Positions 6,610 through 14,637 of a stretch of DNA of 20,000 bases are shown here, in pieces. Location: IMG/VR virus record IMGVR_UViG_3300030108_001449; one strand, given 5' to 3'. Within the stretch, counting starts at the first letter, position 1. The number at the start of each line of letters is the position of its first letter. The notes below the pieces were generated by a model that was not told where the DNA came from, searched no databases, and was given only the letters and a program-made list of their open reading frames with translations. Source of the stretch: an uncultured virus (IMG/VR IMGVR_UViG_3300030108_001449). Lineage: Duplodnaviria > Heunggongvirae > Uroviricota > Caudoviricetes. Position numbers and translations under genes: made by a program.

Positions 6610-8760
6610 TTAACCGCTTTCTAACGCTTGTACTTTTGTTTCGAGCGTTTCCAATAAAGTTTGCTGCTCTTGCACCGCCTTGACTAACAAAGGCACAAGT
6701 TTTGAGTGGTCGATGCCTTGATATTTGTCTTTTGTATGCTTGGCTTTCCAAGTCGTATCAGCAGCGTATTTGGCTTCTCTCTTTACATCTCCAACCGATA
6801 CGCCGTCTGGTATATTTACATCGTCCTCTGTCCAAAGAACTGGATCTTTACCAGCTTTCCAATCGTCTTCAGTTATTCCTTCATCGATGACGTTTCCAAT
6901 CGAATTCAACACAACTTCAGTAACATCTTCTGTTTCATTGTATGTGCCTGTAACAGATTCAGGCACTACTTGTTGCGCCTCATGGGCTATAAAGCCATCC
7001 ACAACGGTTCCAGAATCGTCTGCTTTCCATGTAAATCTGGCTGGCTTAAGTTGTTTCAGCCTTGTCAACCCATCCCAGTCATACTCTACATTTTCTTTCA
7101 AGCGATAGTCTGAAGTAGTGTTAAAAGAAACAGAGGTTCCAGTCGCGGCATTACTGATCTGTATTGAGCCAACGGCGGTATCATTATAATTATAAAAAAT
7201 AAGAAAATTTACGGCAGCAGTGCTGTTACCAGACTTAAATCCAGTAACTGCGGAACCACTAAACCCTGTGAAAAACGCGCAATTTGACCTAGTACTATTC
7301 CCTGCAACTTGAAGCCGTTCAGTCCAACCTCCACCATTTTGTCCAGTAGTACCCAGCGAGACCATGCCTGTATGGCCTATTCTCATGTGTTCTGTAACTG
7401 TCGATGCTCCATCCGCTGTTGTTCTGAACTGCAACGAACCGGGCATATCATTAGCACCGGGAACACCATCACATTGGCTAGCTATTGAGGCTCCTTCAAC
7501 CAATTGATTGCCATCTGCGCCTTGAAAACTAAGTGATCCAAAAAAATCTCCGTTTTGGCAAATTGTAGTTGAATTTGCCGCTGTGCCTCTTGTGGTTCCC
7601 ATGACAATATAGCCACCATTAGCGTCATCAGAATTTGTCGTAGCCGCTACCGAGATATATCTGTTTGCTGTTGCAAAATTCTCTATTTGTAAGCATGCGC
7701 CCAAAGACTGATTGAAAAAATGAGTCCTCGCTGAATTGTGACCCAGAATTACTCTGTCATTGCCTCCATCAATGAAGAAACAGTTAGCATCGCCGTCTGA
7801 TTCAATACGGAAATCTACGTCATACCCACCTTGGTTAAAAACAGTTTCTGTTGGCAAGATGTCCATGCGAGCAATCGCAGTACCAGCAGTCATTACATTA
7901 AATGCCATTCTTCCATCTTCTGAACCATCGCTGGCATCTTTTATTTGATTAACGATTTCTCCATATAAGATTTTTTCATCCGCATCATTTTCACCATAAA
8001 TTTCTATGCGTCCTATCTGGTCATTATCAGCAGGGCTGCTAGAGTTTCTATAAAACTGCATTAATGGAGCAATATTTGCGTCTGCATCAGTACTAACCAA
8101 AGCAAGCTGAGCTGTATTATCTGACGTAGTAATTGTTAAACCGCCATCAGGAATAGCTACATCTTTGTTCTCATCAACAGAAATTATTGGGGTTGTGCCG
8201 ACGGTGCTGCCTAAGCCAATGATCAAGTCATCAGCAGAATCATCTAAGCCGATGTAAAAATCTTGTGCGTTTCCATCAAAAACCAACGAAGTATCTTCTG
8301 CTGCACCATTTCCAATTCTAAAATTAGTACCAACGCTTAAATTGTCAAAAGCCTCAGTGACAGCAGCACCACTACCTGCGCCATCCAGATAAACAACTTT
8401 CACATAACCATTAGGGATAGTTATTTCTGCGCCAGAACCTTGTTTAATGATGATGTTTTGTGAGCCTGAAGTTGCGTTTTCTATAATGTGAACGCGGCTC
8501 ATGGTGTTTGGGCCGATAGTAATAGTACAGGCAGAATCAAGAGTTCCGGTGTACTTGATATACATAGCTCTGCCGGGGTCAGTTGAACCATCAGCTACTG
8601 TTGTAGTATGGGTATCAGCATTAGTCGTTATGCCTTCTGTCCCATACCCTAGTGATTCGCCGATCAGCTCTAAATTCGTATTTGTACTCGTACCCCAAGT
8701 TCCTGACTCATCGCCAGTGGCGATCTCTTTTAATCTTAAATCATTAACGTAAGTTGCCAT
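6610..8760 (-). CDS. Tail fibre/spike with C-terminal peptidase S74 intramolecular chaperone
   Basis: N-terminal anchor LKEIATGDESGTWGTSTNTNLELI, beta-rich modules, S74 autocleavage motif TTSDYRLKENV, GFIAHEAQQVVPESV, IDHSKLVPLLVKAVQE and a terminal coiled coil. Confidence 0.9.
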   Translation of the reverse strand: MATYVNDLRLKEIATGDESGTWGTSTNTNLELIGESLGYGTEGITTNADTHTTTVADGSTDPGRAMYIKYTGTLDSACTITIGPNTMSRVHIIENATSGSQNIIIKQGSGAEITIPNGYVKVVYLDGAGSGAAVTEAFDNLSVGTNFRIGNGAAEDTSLVFDGNAQDFYIGLDDSADDLIIGLGSTVGTTPIISVDENKDVAIPDGGLTITTSDNTAQLALVSTDADANIAPLMQFYRNSSSPADNDQIGRIEIYGENDADEKILYGEIVNQIKDASDGSEDGRMAFNVMTAGTAIARMDILPTETVFNQGGYDVDFRIESDGDANCFFIDGGNDRVILGHNSARTHFFNQSLGACLQIENFATANRYISVAATTNSDDANGGYIVMGTTRGTAANSTTICQNGDFFGSLSFQGADGNQLVEGASIASQCDGVPGANDMPGSLQFRTTADGASTVTEHMRIGHTGMVSLGTTGQNGGGWTERLQVAGNSTRSNCAFFTGFSGSAVTGFKSGNSTAAVNFLIFYNYNDTAVGSIQISNAATGTSVSFNTTSDYRLKENVEYDWDGLTRLKQLKPARFTWKADDSGTVVDGFIAHEAQQVVPESVTGTYNETEDVTEVVLNSIGNVIDEGITEDDWKAGKDPVLWTEDDVNIPDGVSVGDVKREAKYAADTTWKAKHTKDKYQGIDHSKLVPLLVKAVQEQQTLLETLETKVQALESG

Positions 8761-8763
8761 AAG

Positions 8764-8895
8764 CTACCTTTTCTTAGTTTTAACTTTGGGTTTTTTCATA
8801 GAAGACAAATGCTTTTTTAAAGTATCTGCTTGTTTCTTGTGGGTCTTAGATGCCTTTTCTAAGCCCTTAATTACTTTTTTTACCTTACGAACCAT
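8764..8895 (-). CDS. 43-aa basic protein (not in ORF track; paralog of 5329..5442)
   Basis: MVRKVKKVIKGLEKASKTHKKQADTLKKHLSSMKKPKVKTKKR; TGATG overlap with the upstream gene, GAGG SD. Confidence 0.75.
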   Translation of the reverse strand: MVRKVKKVIKGLEKASKTHKKQADTLKKHLSSMKKPKVKTKKR

Positions 8896-9596
8896 CAGGC
8901 TACCTCTTTCCAATCAGGTGTTTGACTGTCATCAATAGTTGACCAACCAGGTGTTTGACTGTCATCAATTGCCGACCAACTAGGTGTTTGACTGTCATCG
9001 ATAAGTCCCCAAACATTAACACCACTCGTTGTACAAGCCGCTTCCACGCCTGTTGGGAATACGTTTGCATCTCCATCGAATTCCAACGTTCCGATACTAC
9101 CCGCCATTTCTGGTGTAGAAACTTCAACGGTGTTACTTGTGATCGGAGTGACGCTGCCAAGCCCTGTTGTTCCCGCCACGCCAGTGACACTGACTGTCGC
9201 CGTGCCCGTAACCGTAGGTGATCCCAAACTCCCTGTAGCCGCCACGCCAGTGACCGTAGTGCTTGCGTCAATAGAGACGGTAACCGAGCCAAGCGTTCCC
9301 GTGCCAGCAACACCCGTGGGACTGACATTTGCTTCACCTGTGACCGTAACTGAACCAAGAGTACCAGTGCCTGATACCCCAGATACATCAACATCCGCAT
9401 TAGCGGATACAGAAACCGAGCCAACAGCCCCTGTTCCCGCAACGCCTGTAACTGAGACGTTCGCATCTGCCGTAACCGAGACTGTGCCGACAGCGCCCGT
9501 TGCGTCAGGTACTGCTTGGCCATTACCCCACGTTCCGTCACCCCATCCATGAGATGACGAGTTCCATCCTTCAAAGGCAACCTTGACATCAGCCAC
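8895..9596 (-). CDS. Repeat-rich virion fibre-like protein (233 aa)
   Basis: N-terminal GW..GW..GTWG, about 7 imperfect 22-aa V/T/G/S repeats, three C-terminal IDDSQTPxW repeats. Confidence 0.8.
   Translation of the reverse strand: MADVKVAFEGWNSSSHGWGDGTWGNGQAVPDATGAVGTVSVTADANVSVTGVAGTGAVGSVSVSANADVDVSGVSGTGTLGSVTVTGEANVSPTGVAGTGTLGSVTVSIDASTTVTGVAATGSLGSPTVTGTATVSVTGVAGTTGLGSVTPITSNTVEVSTPEMAGSIGTLEFDGDANVFPTGVEAACTTSGVNVWGLIDDSQTPSWSAIDDSQTPGWSTIDDSQTPDWKEVA
8910..9002. repeat. Three direct repeats, 33-bp period, in coding sequence
   Basis: CCAAyyAGGTGTTTGACTGTCATCrAT starting at 8910, 8943 and 8976; the 18-nt core AGGTGTTTGACTGTCATC is identical in all three. Confidence 0.95.
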
Positions 9597-9606
9597 ACGT
9601 TATATC

Positions 9607-10077
9607 CTATGCAATCCTAATAATTGCGTTACTAGCATCCGCTGCTGGAAACTGAATAGTGAAGTCACCACTAGTAGATGTCTTGTCTGCGCCAAAGTCT
9701 AGCGCACACACTGCCCTGTTAGCCGATCCTGCAGTTGTAGAAGAATTATAGATCAACGCTCCTCTTGCAGTAATTGAGCTACTGGAAAACGTAGTATCGG
9801 CAAAATCTGTAAGTGCTGTAGTACCCGAAGTGGTTGGGTCTACATTGGTCAAAGTGTTTCCACCGGAAGTATAGCCGGTTCCCGACACTTCGTTGGTTGT
9901 TGCAAAAGCGGTGGTAGATGCAGACAACGTTGCACTACTAGTAAACAAGGCAAGCTTAAATGTATTGCCAGTTCCTGTAGTAGTTGTTGTTCCCCCACCA
10001 GAGCCGTTGTGAAAGTTGTGTATTCCCTGAAGTAACTCAGACTTGAAAGAAGTACACATTGCCGTTGTAATAGCCAT
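9607..10077 (-). CDS. Virion structural protein (156 aa)
   Basis: MAITTAMCTSFKSELL...FKLALFTSSA...NEVSGTGYTSGG...ARGALIYN...LDFGADKTST; pattern common in phage tail/neck regions. Confidence 0.75.
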   Translation of the reverse strand: MAITTAMCTSFKSELLQGIHNFHNGSGGGTTTTTGTGNTFKLALFTSSATLSASTTAFATTNEVSGTGYTSGGNTLTNVDPTTSGTTALTDFADTTFSSSSITARGALIYNSSTTAGSANRAVCALDFGADKTSTSGDFTIQFPAADASNAIIRIA

Positions 10078-10367
10078 TACAGTCTCCTTAATATATCAGC
10101 AATGTCTGGATGACCCTGCTGAATAAACTCGTTCAAAAGAGTCGTTCTATCGCTCTTAATAGCTTGTTTGATGATACCTAAAACCACATGGTAAATGCGA
10201 CTTTTAAATGCTTCTGCTTGTTGCCTAACAATCGGATCTACAGAAGAAGATATGCCTACTATTTGTTCAACTGCTCGTTCAGCGAGTTCTTCTGGGGACA
10301 AACCACGATATTCCGTTGTTTTTACCACCACGTCTCCCATGTTGGATTTCACAGCTATTTCAAACAT
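10077..10367 (-). CDS. Conserved phage hypothetical protein (96 aa)
   Basis: RGLSPEELAERAVEQIVGIS...QQAEAFK; TAATG overlaps at both ends. Confidence 0.8.
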   Translation of the reverse strand: MFEIAVKSNMGDVVVKTTEYRGLSPEELAERAVEQIVGISSSVDPIVRQQAEAFKSRIYHVVLGIIKQAIKSDRTTLLNEFIQQGHPDIADILRRL

Positions 10368-11005
10368 TATCTTCCTTTACTAATATCATAACGATACTCA
10401 TCTTTTGCACCATAACCCTCACCGAGGTCTTTTATTGCAGCTATAGCTTGACCAAATCTTTGTTCGTATTGAGCAACTTCTTCCGGAGCTTTTAAAAACG
10501 TTGCTGCTTCTACCAAAGTGCCATACAACAACGCATCCGGTGCGTTGGTAGATAACCACGTGGTGCCACTGTCCGCCCCTGCGGTCAAAGACGCAGGACG
10601 GTATTTATAGTGCAATTCAAAACTGTAACCACTATCTGGAGTAGGAGCTAGAATAAACGTAGTGTCATCAAACAACGCATAATACTTAGGGGTTCCGGTA
10701 GTAGATGCGTTGGGGGTGTAAGCTCGCGCAAAAGAAACGTGCTTAAACAACAAATAAGAATATTCGCTATCTTTTATTACAGCCAGACTATACGGCGCTA
10801 AAAAATCACTAGGCGTCGATAAATAGGTGCTGTTGTTGGTAGCGTTACCTGTGACGTTCTTTCTGAATACCGGAAGCTCTACGTTTTTTAAAATACGTTC
10901 TTCGGACTCTTTTATGAAAGTGGTAAGTTGTGTGTCAAACGTGGTTTCCGACGTTTCACAATAATCCTGCACCGCTGTTTTTAAAGTTGCGTATGTAAAA
11001 CTCAT
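10367..11005 (-). CDS. Head-tail adaptor/connector protein
   Basis: MSFTYATLKTAVQDY, GTPKYYA, LAPTPD, TWLSTNAPDALLYGTLVEA: adaptor-family pattern in the expected position. Confidence 0.75.
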   Translation of the reverse strand: MSFTYATLKTAVQDYCETSETTFDTQLTTFIKESEERILKNVELPVFRKNVTGNATNNSTYLSTPSDFLAPYSLAVIKDSEYSYLLFKHVSFARAYTPNASTTGTPKYYALFDDTTFILAPTPDSGYSFELHYKYRPASLTAGADSGTTWLSTNAPDALLYGTLVEAATFLKAPEEVAQYEQRFGQAIAAIKDLGEGYGAKDEYRYDISKGR

Positions 11006-11307
11006 GTTGTGCTCACCGTAACAGTTCCAACCTGACCAATACCCCGGATAGGAGTAAACGTTGTTTCTACCACGAGGGGAACCCCAACCACTACAACAGT
11101 TGGTTCGACACGGTCTGGTCTGGCGTTTCTTAACGCTTGAGGATCGCTCGCGCTAGGTGGCGGATACAGTTGAGGTTGTTTTGGTTCAAACTCATCTGGT
11201 CCGACCAAAGAACCATTCCATTCGCGTTTCATCGAATTTAATTTGTAACGAAAACCAGATCTATCTGATATTCCGTATGCGTATTTTCCTCTGGCAAATG
11301 CTCCCAT
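11002..11307 (-). CDS. Conserved phage hypothetical protein (101 aa)
   Basis: FARGKYAYGISDRSGFRY...EFEPKQPQL...DPQALRNARPD. Confidence 0.8.
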   Translation of the reverse strand: MGAFARGKYAYGISDRSGFRYKLNSMKREWNGSLVGPDEFEPKQPQLYPPPSASDPQALRNARPDRVEPTVVVVGVPLVVETTFTPIRGIGQVGTVTVSTT

Positions 11308-11309
11308 TT

Positions 11310-12194
11310 TTACGACCTATAGGTTTCGTAAGAGGGGCTTATTCTTAAAGAAGCCCTATCTCGGTCTTCGTCAAGAGCCCGTTGTAATTCTTCTTCGTAA
11401 ATTGTTTTTAAAGCACCCATAAGTTGTGGGTTTCTTTTCATAGAAAGATAGTAAGCCAAACCGGCTGTTAAACAAGGGTAAAACCTAAAAGGTACTTCTG
11501 CAGTGTTGGTGTATGCATCCGCATCGTCAATTCTAGTTAACCTATTAAATTTAACAATGTCGGTATCGTTTTCTGGTGCGGGCCAAATTTGTAACACAGG
11601 CGTTATTTGCCTGTTTAGAAAAAATTGATTTGGCCTACCGGATTGTGACTTGTTGGGTATGTTGAGAAAACTTGAACGACTTACTCTTTCTATTTCGAAA
11701 TCAGTGCTGTCTCGGGTCACCACTGCCGACAAAATATCAATTGTAGACTGCACGTTCGTTAAATCTACAGCCGCCGCTAGAGTGCTTGACGCACCGCTGG
11801 TGCCGCCAATAATTGTTTCTCCGCTGGAAAACGTCCCAGAAGGTATTGTGATAGCCAAGGTGGTGCTAGAAGGTTTACTGGTAACGCTGGCTGTTGCTGC
11901 GCTAGTGCCTCCAGTAAGAGTTTCTCCAACAGAAAAACTAGTAGAGGAACCCACTGTCATTGTTAAAGTTCCACCAGGGTAATCCCTAATGCCCGTAGCT
12001 AACGTTATGGATACCTCTTCAATGGTCCATTGATTCAGGCCACGGTTGGCCCAATCAGCAAACAATAAATTTAAAGAACGTTTGGCGCTTCTTAGATCGT
12101 AACCAGTACGAACTTCTAAACCGCAACGTTCAAATGCTTCTTCCACGTACTCAGCAACGTCTAATTCGAAATCTTTAGAACCTGATGTAGCCAT
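11310..12194 (-). CDS. Head-tail adaptor-like protein with an internal S/T/G-rich insertion
   Basis: EEAFERCG...ARRSLNLL-type motif (AKRSLNLLFADWANRGLNQW), GRPNQFF, IWPAP, VPFRFYPCLTAGLAYYLS. Confidence 0.75.
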   Translation of the reverse strand: MATSGSKDFELDVAEYVEEAFERCGLEVRTGYDLRSAKRSLNLLFADWANRGLNQWTIEEVSITLATGIRDYPGGTLTMTVGSSTSFSVGETLTGGTSAATASVTSKPSSTTLAITIPSGTFSSGETIIGGTSGASSTLAAAVDLTNVQSTIDILSAVVTRDSTDFEIERVSRSSFLNIPNKSQSGRPNQFFLNRQITPVLQIWPAPENDTDIVKFNRLTRIDDADAYTNTAEVPFRFYPCLTAGLAYYLSMKRNPQLMGALKTIYEEELQRALDEDRDRASLRISPSYETYRS

Positions 12195-12868
12195 TATTCT
12201 TCATACAAGTTATTGAAAGTCACCGCTGGATCTAAGTAACTTTCGTGGCCTTCAGCAGAATGTTTCCACTGAGACGGTTTAAAATCTGGCGCTCCTTCTC
12301 CGGTCACCCAAAGAGCGGGACTTGTAGCCCTTACACGGTTGTTCGGTAACGCCACTATATTTCCTTTCCATTTACCTTCTTCTGTTATGCATAATACATG
12401 GGACTGCTTGTGTTGAGCAGAGTCATCTGCAATATCAGATTCTGTATAATCTACAGTAAAAAGGTATTTAGAAGTAAAAAACTCTCCACCAATCTTAGCA
12501 ATCCACGGGGAAGAGCTTACCCTATCCATAACCACAACAGAATGATGATGAGACTCACAGTCCCAAGGCTGGGATAAATGATCATCCATAGGTTCCGGAT
12601 AATCTTGCATAGGCATATCACACACTAAGCCTTGTATTGGCATCCTAGCCCACATAGCTCCTCCATGTATGTTGCCCTCATCGTTATCCTCACAATCTGC
12701 TTCGCAGCCGGTAAAAACAACCTGAAAACTTAAAGAGCGGTCAGGTACTGTATTTACGGCTATCGCTAAACAATGTAAAAACTCTCCGTGATATTTTTCG
12801 TGGTTATGCGTAAATTCTCGTCGCACCCAACATTTAAAATGCGGGATGTTGCTGATTAAATACGACAC
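12194..12868 (-). CDS. Conserved phage hypothetical protein (224 aa, GTG start)
   Basis: GGAMWARMPI, QPWDC, YLFTVDY, QHKQSHV, ALPNNRVR; coupled at both ends. Confidence 0.85.
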   Translation of the reverse strand: MSYLISNIPHFKCWVRREFTHNHEKYHGEFLHCLAIAVNTVPDRSLSFQVVFTGCEADCEDNDEGNIHGGAMWARMPIQGLVCDMPMQDYPEPMDDHLSQPWDCESHHHSVVVMDRVSSSPWIAKIGGEFFTSKYLFTVDYTESDIADDSAQHKQSHVLCITEEGKWKGNIVALPNNRVRATSPALWVTGEGAPDFKPSQWKHSAEGHESYLDPAVTFNNLYEE

Positions 12869-13026
12869 TAAATGCCAAGATCTTTCTTCTTAGACATTTT
12901 CATCATGGCGCCGCCTTTAGATTTTTTCATAAGGGAGCCACCTTTAGATTTTTTCATCACAGAACTATTTTTAGATTTCTTTTTAGCTGACCCTGCGTTA
13001 CCTATGTTTACTCTTGAACCCGGCAT
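12868..13026 (-). CDS. 52-aa basic protein with MKKSKGG repeats (not in ORF track)
   Basis: MPGSRVNIGNAGSAKKKSKNSSVMKKSKGGSLMKKSKGGAMMKMSKKKDLGI; GAGG SD; the stop overlaps the next GTG. Confidence 0.8.
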   Translation of the reverse strand: MPGSRVNIGNAGSAKKKSKNSSVMKKSKGGSLMKKSKGGAMMKMSKKKDLGI

Positions 13027-13033
13027 AACTACC

Positions 13034-13360
13034 TCACGTATATGTTGTTACTTTACGGCGCTCGTTTAACACTGCGCCGCACCCTTTTGCAATCTCCTGC
13101 CGTACTCCGCCGCCACGAGACATGTTTCTTACTGTTGCTTTTTTCGTGTTTTTGACAACAGTTTTACCTTTCGACCCTTCCCGTTTTTTCTTTTTTGCCG
13201 TGGCCGCTCGTTCTGATTTACTTAACGAACGTGCTTTAGCTAAAGGAAGACAACGGTCTGGGTTTTTTTTGTCTTTTGAGGTGCCACAGTCACCGACAAT
13301 ATTTCCGCTGCTATCAATGCGCACCCATTTCTGATCACGCCATTTTTTTAACTCACCCAC
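13034..13360 (-). CDS. Lys-rich phage protein (DUF5872-like)
   Basis: LKKWRDQKWVRI...CG...RCLPLAKARSLSKSERAATAKKKK. Confidence 0.78.
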   Translation of the reverse strand: MGELKKWRDQKWVRIDSSGNIVGDCGTSKDKKNPDRCLPLAKARSLSKSERAATAKKKKREGSKGKTVVKNTKKATVRNMSRGGGVRQEIAKGCGAVLNERRKVTTYT

Positions 13361-13572
13361 TAGGATTTTTTCCTTTTAGATTTTTTTGCGTAATTAGGGT
13401 CTTTGCAATACTTAGAAGCAGCCATGTTCGCATAAGCAGACGGGTAGGTATCAAAAGTGCGCTTTGCCCACGCTTTTCCCGCAGGGCAAATCTTGCTTCC
13501 TTTGCTTTTTTTGGAAGCTCCGCCACCTTTCCTATAATAGGTCAGTCCTTTTGGCATAGAAGCGCGATTCAT
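13360..13572 (-). CDS. Lys-rich phage protein (70 aa)
   Basis: KICPAGKAWAKRTFDTYPSAYANMAASKYCKDPNY. Confidence 0.78.
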   Translation of the reverse strand: MNRASMPKGLTYYRKGGGASKKSKGSKICPAGKAWAKRTFDTYPSAYANMAASKYCKDPNYAKKSKRKKS

Positions 13573-13857
13573 TTACCACGCCTCACACGACCAATAACGC
13601 GCCGTGAACTTATCTTTTGCGGTATCACAATTATGGCGGGCTCTAAAACTCTTCCTGCGTTTAGGCTGGCTTTTTTTGATGGTCATGTCGGGATCACCAA
13701 AACGAACCATCTTAACCTGATCGCCTTTTTTAGCTAAAACTACAGACTTTTTAGAACCACCTTTTGAACGCTTTGGCTGGTTGTACCCAGAAAAAGTTTC
13801 TCCACGATACTCTAATCTTCCGGAAGGCAGTCTTTTTACGTTCTTTACAGTAGCCAC
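13573..13857 (-). CDS. Lys/Arg-rich phage protein (94 aa)
   Basis: GYNQPKR...VLAKKGDQVKMVRFGDP...RKSFRARHNC...ARYWSC. Confidence 0.8.
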   Translation of the reverse strand: MATVKNVKRLPSGRLEYRGETFSGYNQPKRSKGGSKKSVVLAKKGDQVKMVRFGDPDMTIKKSQPKRRKSFRARHNCDTAKDKFTARYWSCEAW

Positions 13858-13863
13858 GTGGTT

Positions 13864-14478
13864 TTACGCATGAAATGCGGTCATAGTGGTAAAGGTTGAC
13901 TGCGTATATTGTATATAAGCACCGCCTGTAAACAAGACGCCCTCTTCCGGAATAGCAACATCTCGGGTAACTGTTGCACTAGCTACCGTGCCAATTTTCA
14001 TCGTACTTGTGCCCGTAGGGGAAGTAATCAAAAAATCAATAGTTCCCGCCGTGCCGGAGTTTACGATGTACGCACCTTTCAGCCTTGTTCTCCCCGCGAA
14101 TATAACGTCTGCAGCAGAGTTGTTGATCCCTGCTGACACATTACCCGCTGGATCGCCTACGGCTGCAATGGCTGTAACGGTCTTAAAATACTTTGATCCC
14201 GTTGCAGTTCCCGCGTTTGCGCCAGTAATCGACTCTGTTTGAGAATCCCCATTTACATCAGTTCCTGTGACTGTAAAAGAAATCCCAGAATCATCACCAG
14301 CAGACAAAATAGTAACTATTCGTCCTGAACTAAACGTGCAACTGCCACTATCAGCAAGCGCACCGCCAATCGTTAAATTAGCGTTGTTACCCACAGCAGC
14401 GGCAGTTGAAATCCCATCGGCATCTAAGGCTTGCGTGTCAGCCGTAATAAAAACAGCTTTAACATCTGATCCTGCCAT
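13864..14478 (-). CDS. Putative virion structural protein (204 aa)
   Basis: A/G/T/S-rich beta-type composition, AAGGAG SD, position downstream of the capsid gene. Confidence 0.75.
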   Translation of the reverse strand: MAGSDVKAVFITADTQALDADGISTAAAVGNNANLTIGGALADSGSCTFSSGRIVTILSAGDDSGISFTVTGTDVNGDSQTESITGANAGTATGSKYFKTVTAIAAVGDPAGNVSAGINNSAADVIFAGRTRLKGAYIVNSGTAGTIDFLITSPTGTSTMKIGTVASATVTRDVAIPEEGVLFTGGAYIQYTQSTFTTMTAFHA

Positions 14479-14481
14479 ACA

Positions 14482-14628
14482 CTACTCCTTGATTTCACCT
14501 CGAAGGACCATAGCTTTGTACTCCGCGCTTCCCACAGGGGGCAAAGTAGACGTTTTTTTAGTCGTCTTTTTAGCCGCAGGTTTTTTAGCAGGGGCCTTCT
14601 TTTCCGTAGATTTTTTAGTAGTCGCCAT
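14482..14628 (-). CDS. 48-aa protein with histone-H1-like K/A/P/T N-terminus (not in ORF track)
   Basis: MATTKKSTEKKAPAKKPAAKKTTKKTSTLPPVGSAEYKAMVLRGEIKE; fills the gap exactly, AGGGG SD. Confidence 0.75.
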   Translation of the reverse strand: MATTKKSTEKKAPAKKPAAKKTTKKTSTLPPVGSAEYKAMVLRGEIKE

Positions 14629-14637
14629 TTACAACCC

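Noticed and set aside
8910..9002. CRISPR-like mini array
   Set aside because: Only 6 nt between repeats, the 33-bp period is in frame and encodes IDDSQTPxW, and no cas genes are present.
8900..9598. 232-aa alternative-frame ORF overlapping the repeat fibre gene
   Set aside because: Explained by the V/T/G/S/A codon bias of the real gene, which yields few stops in the shifted frame; the L/R/Q-rich product has no recognisable motif.
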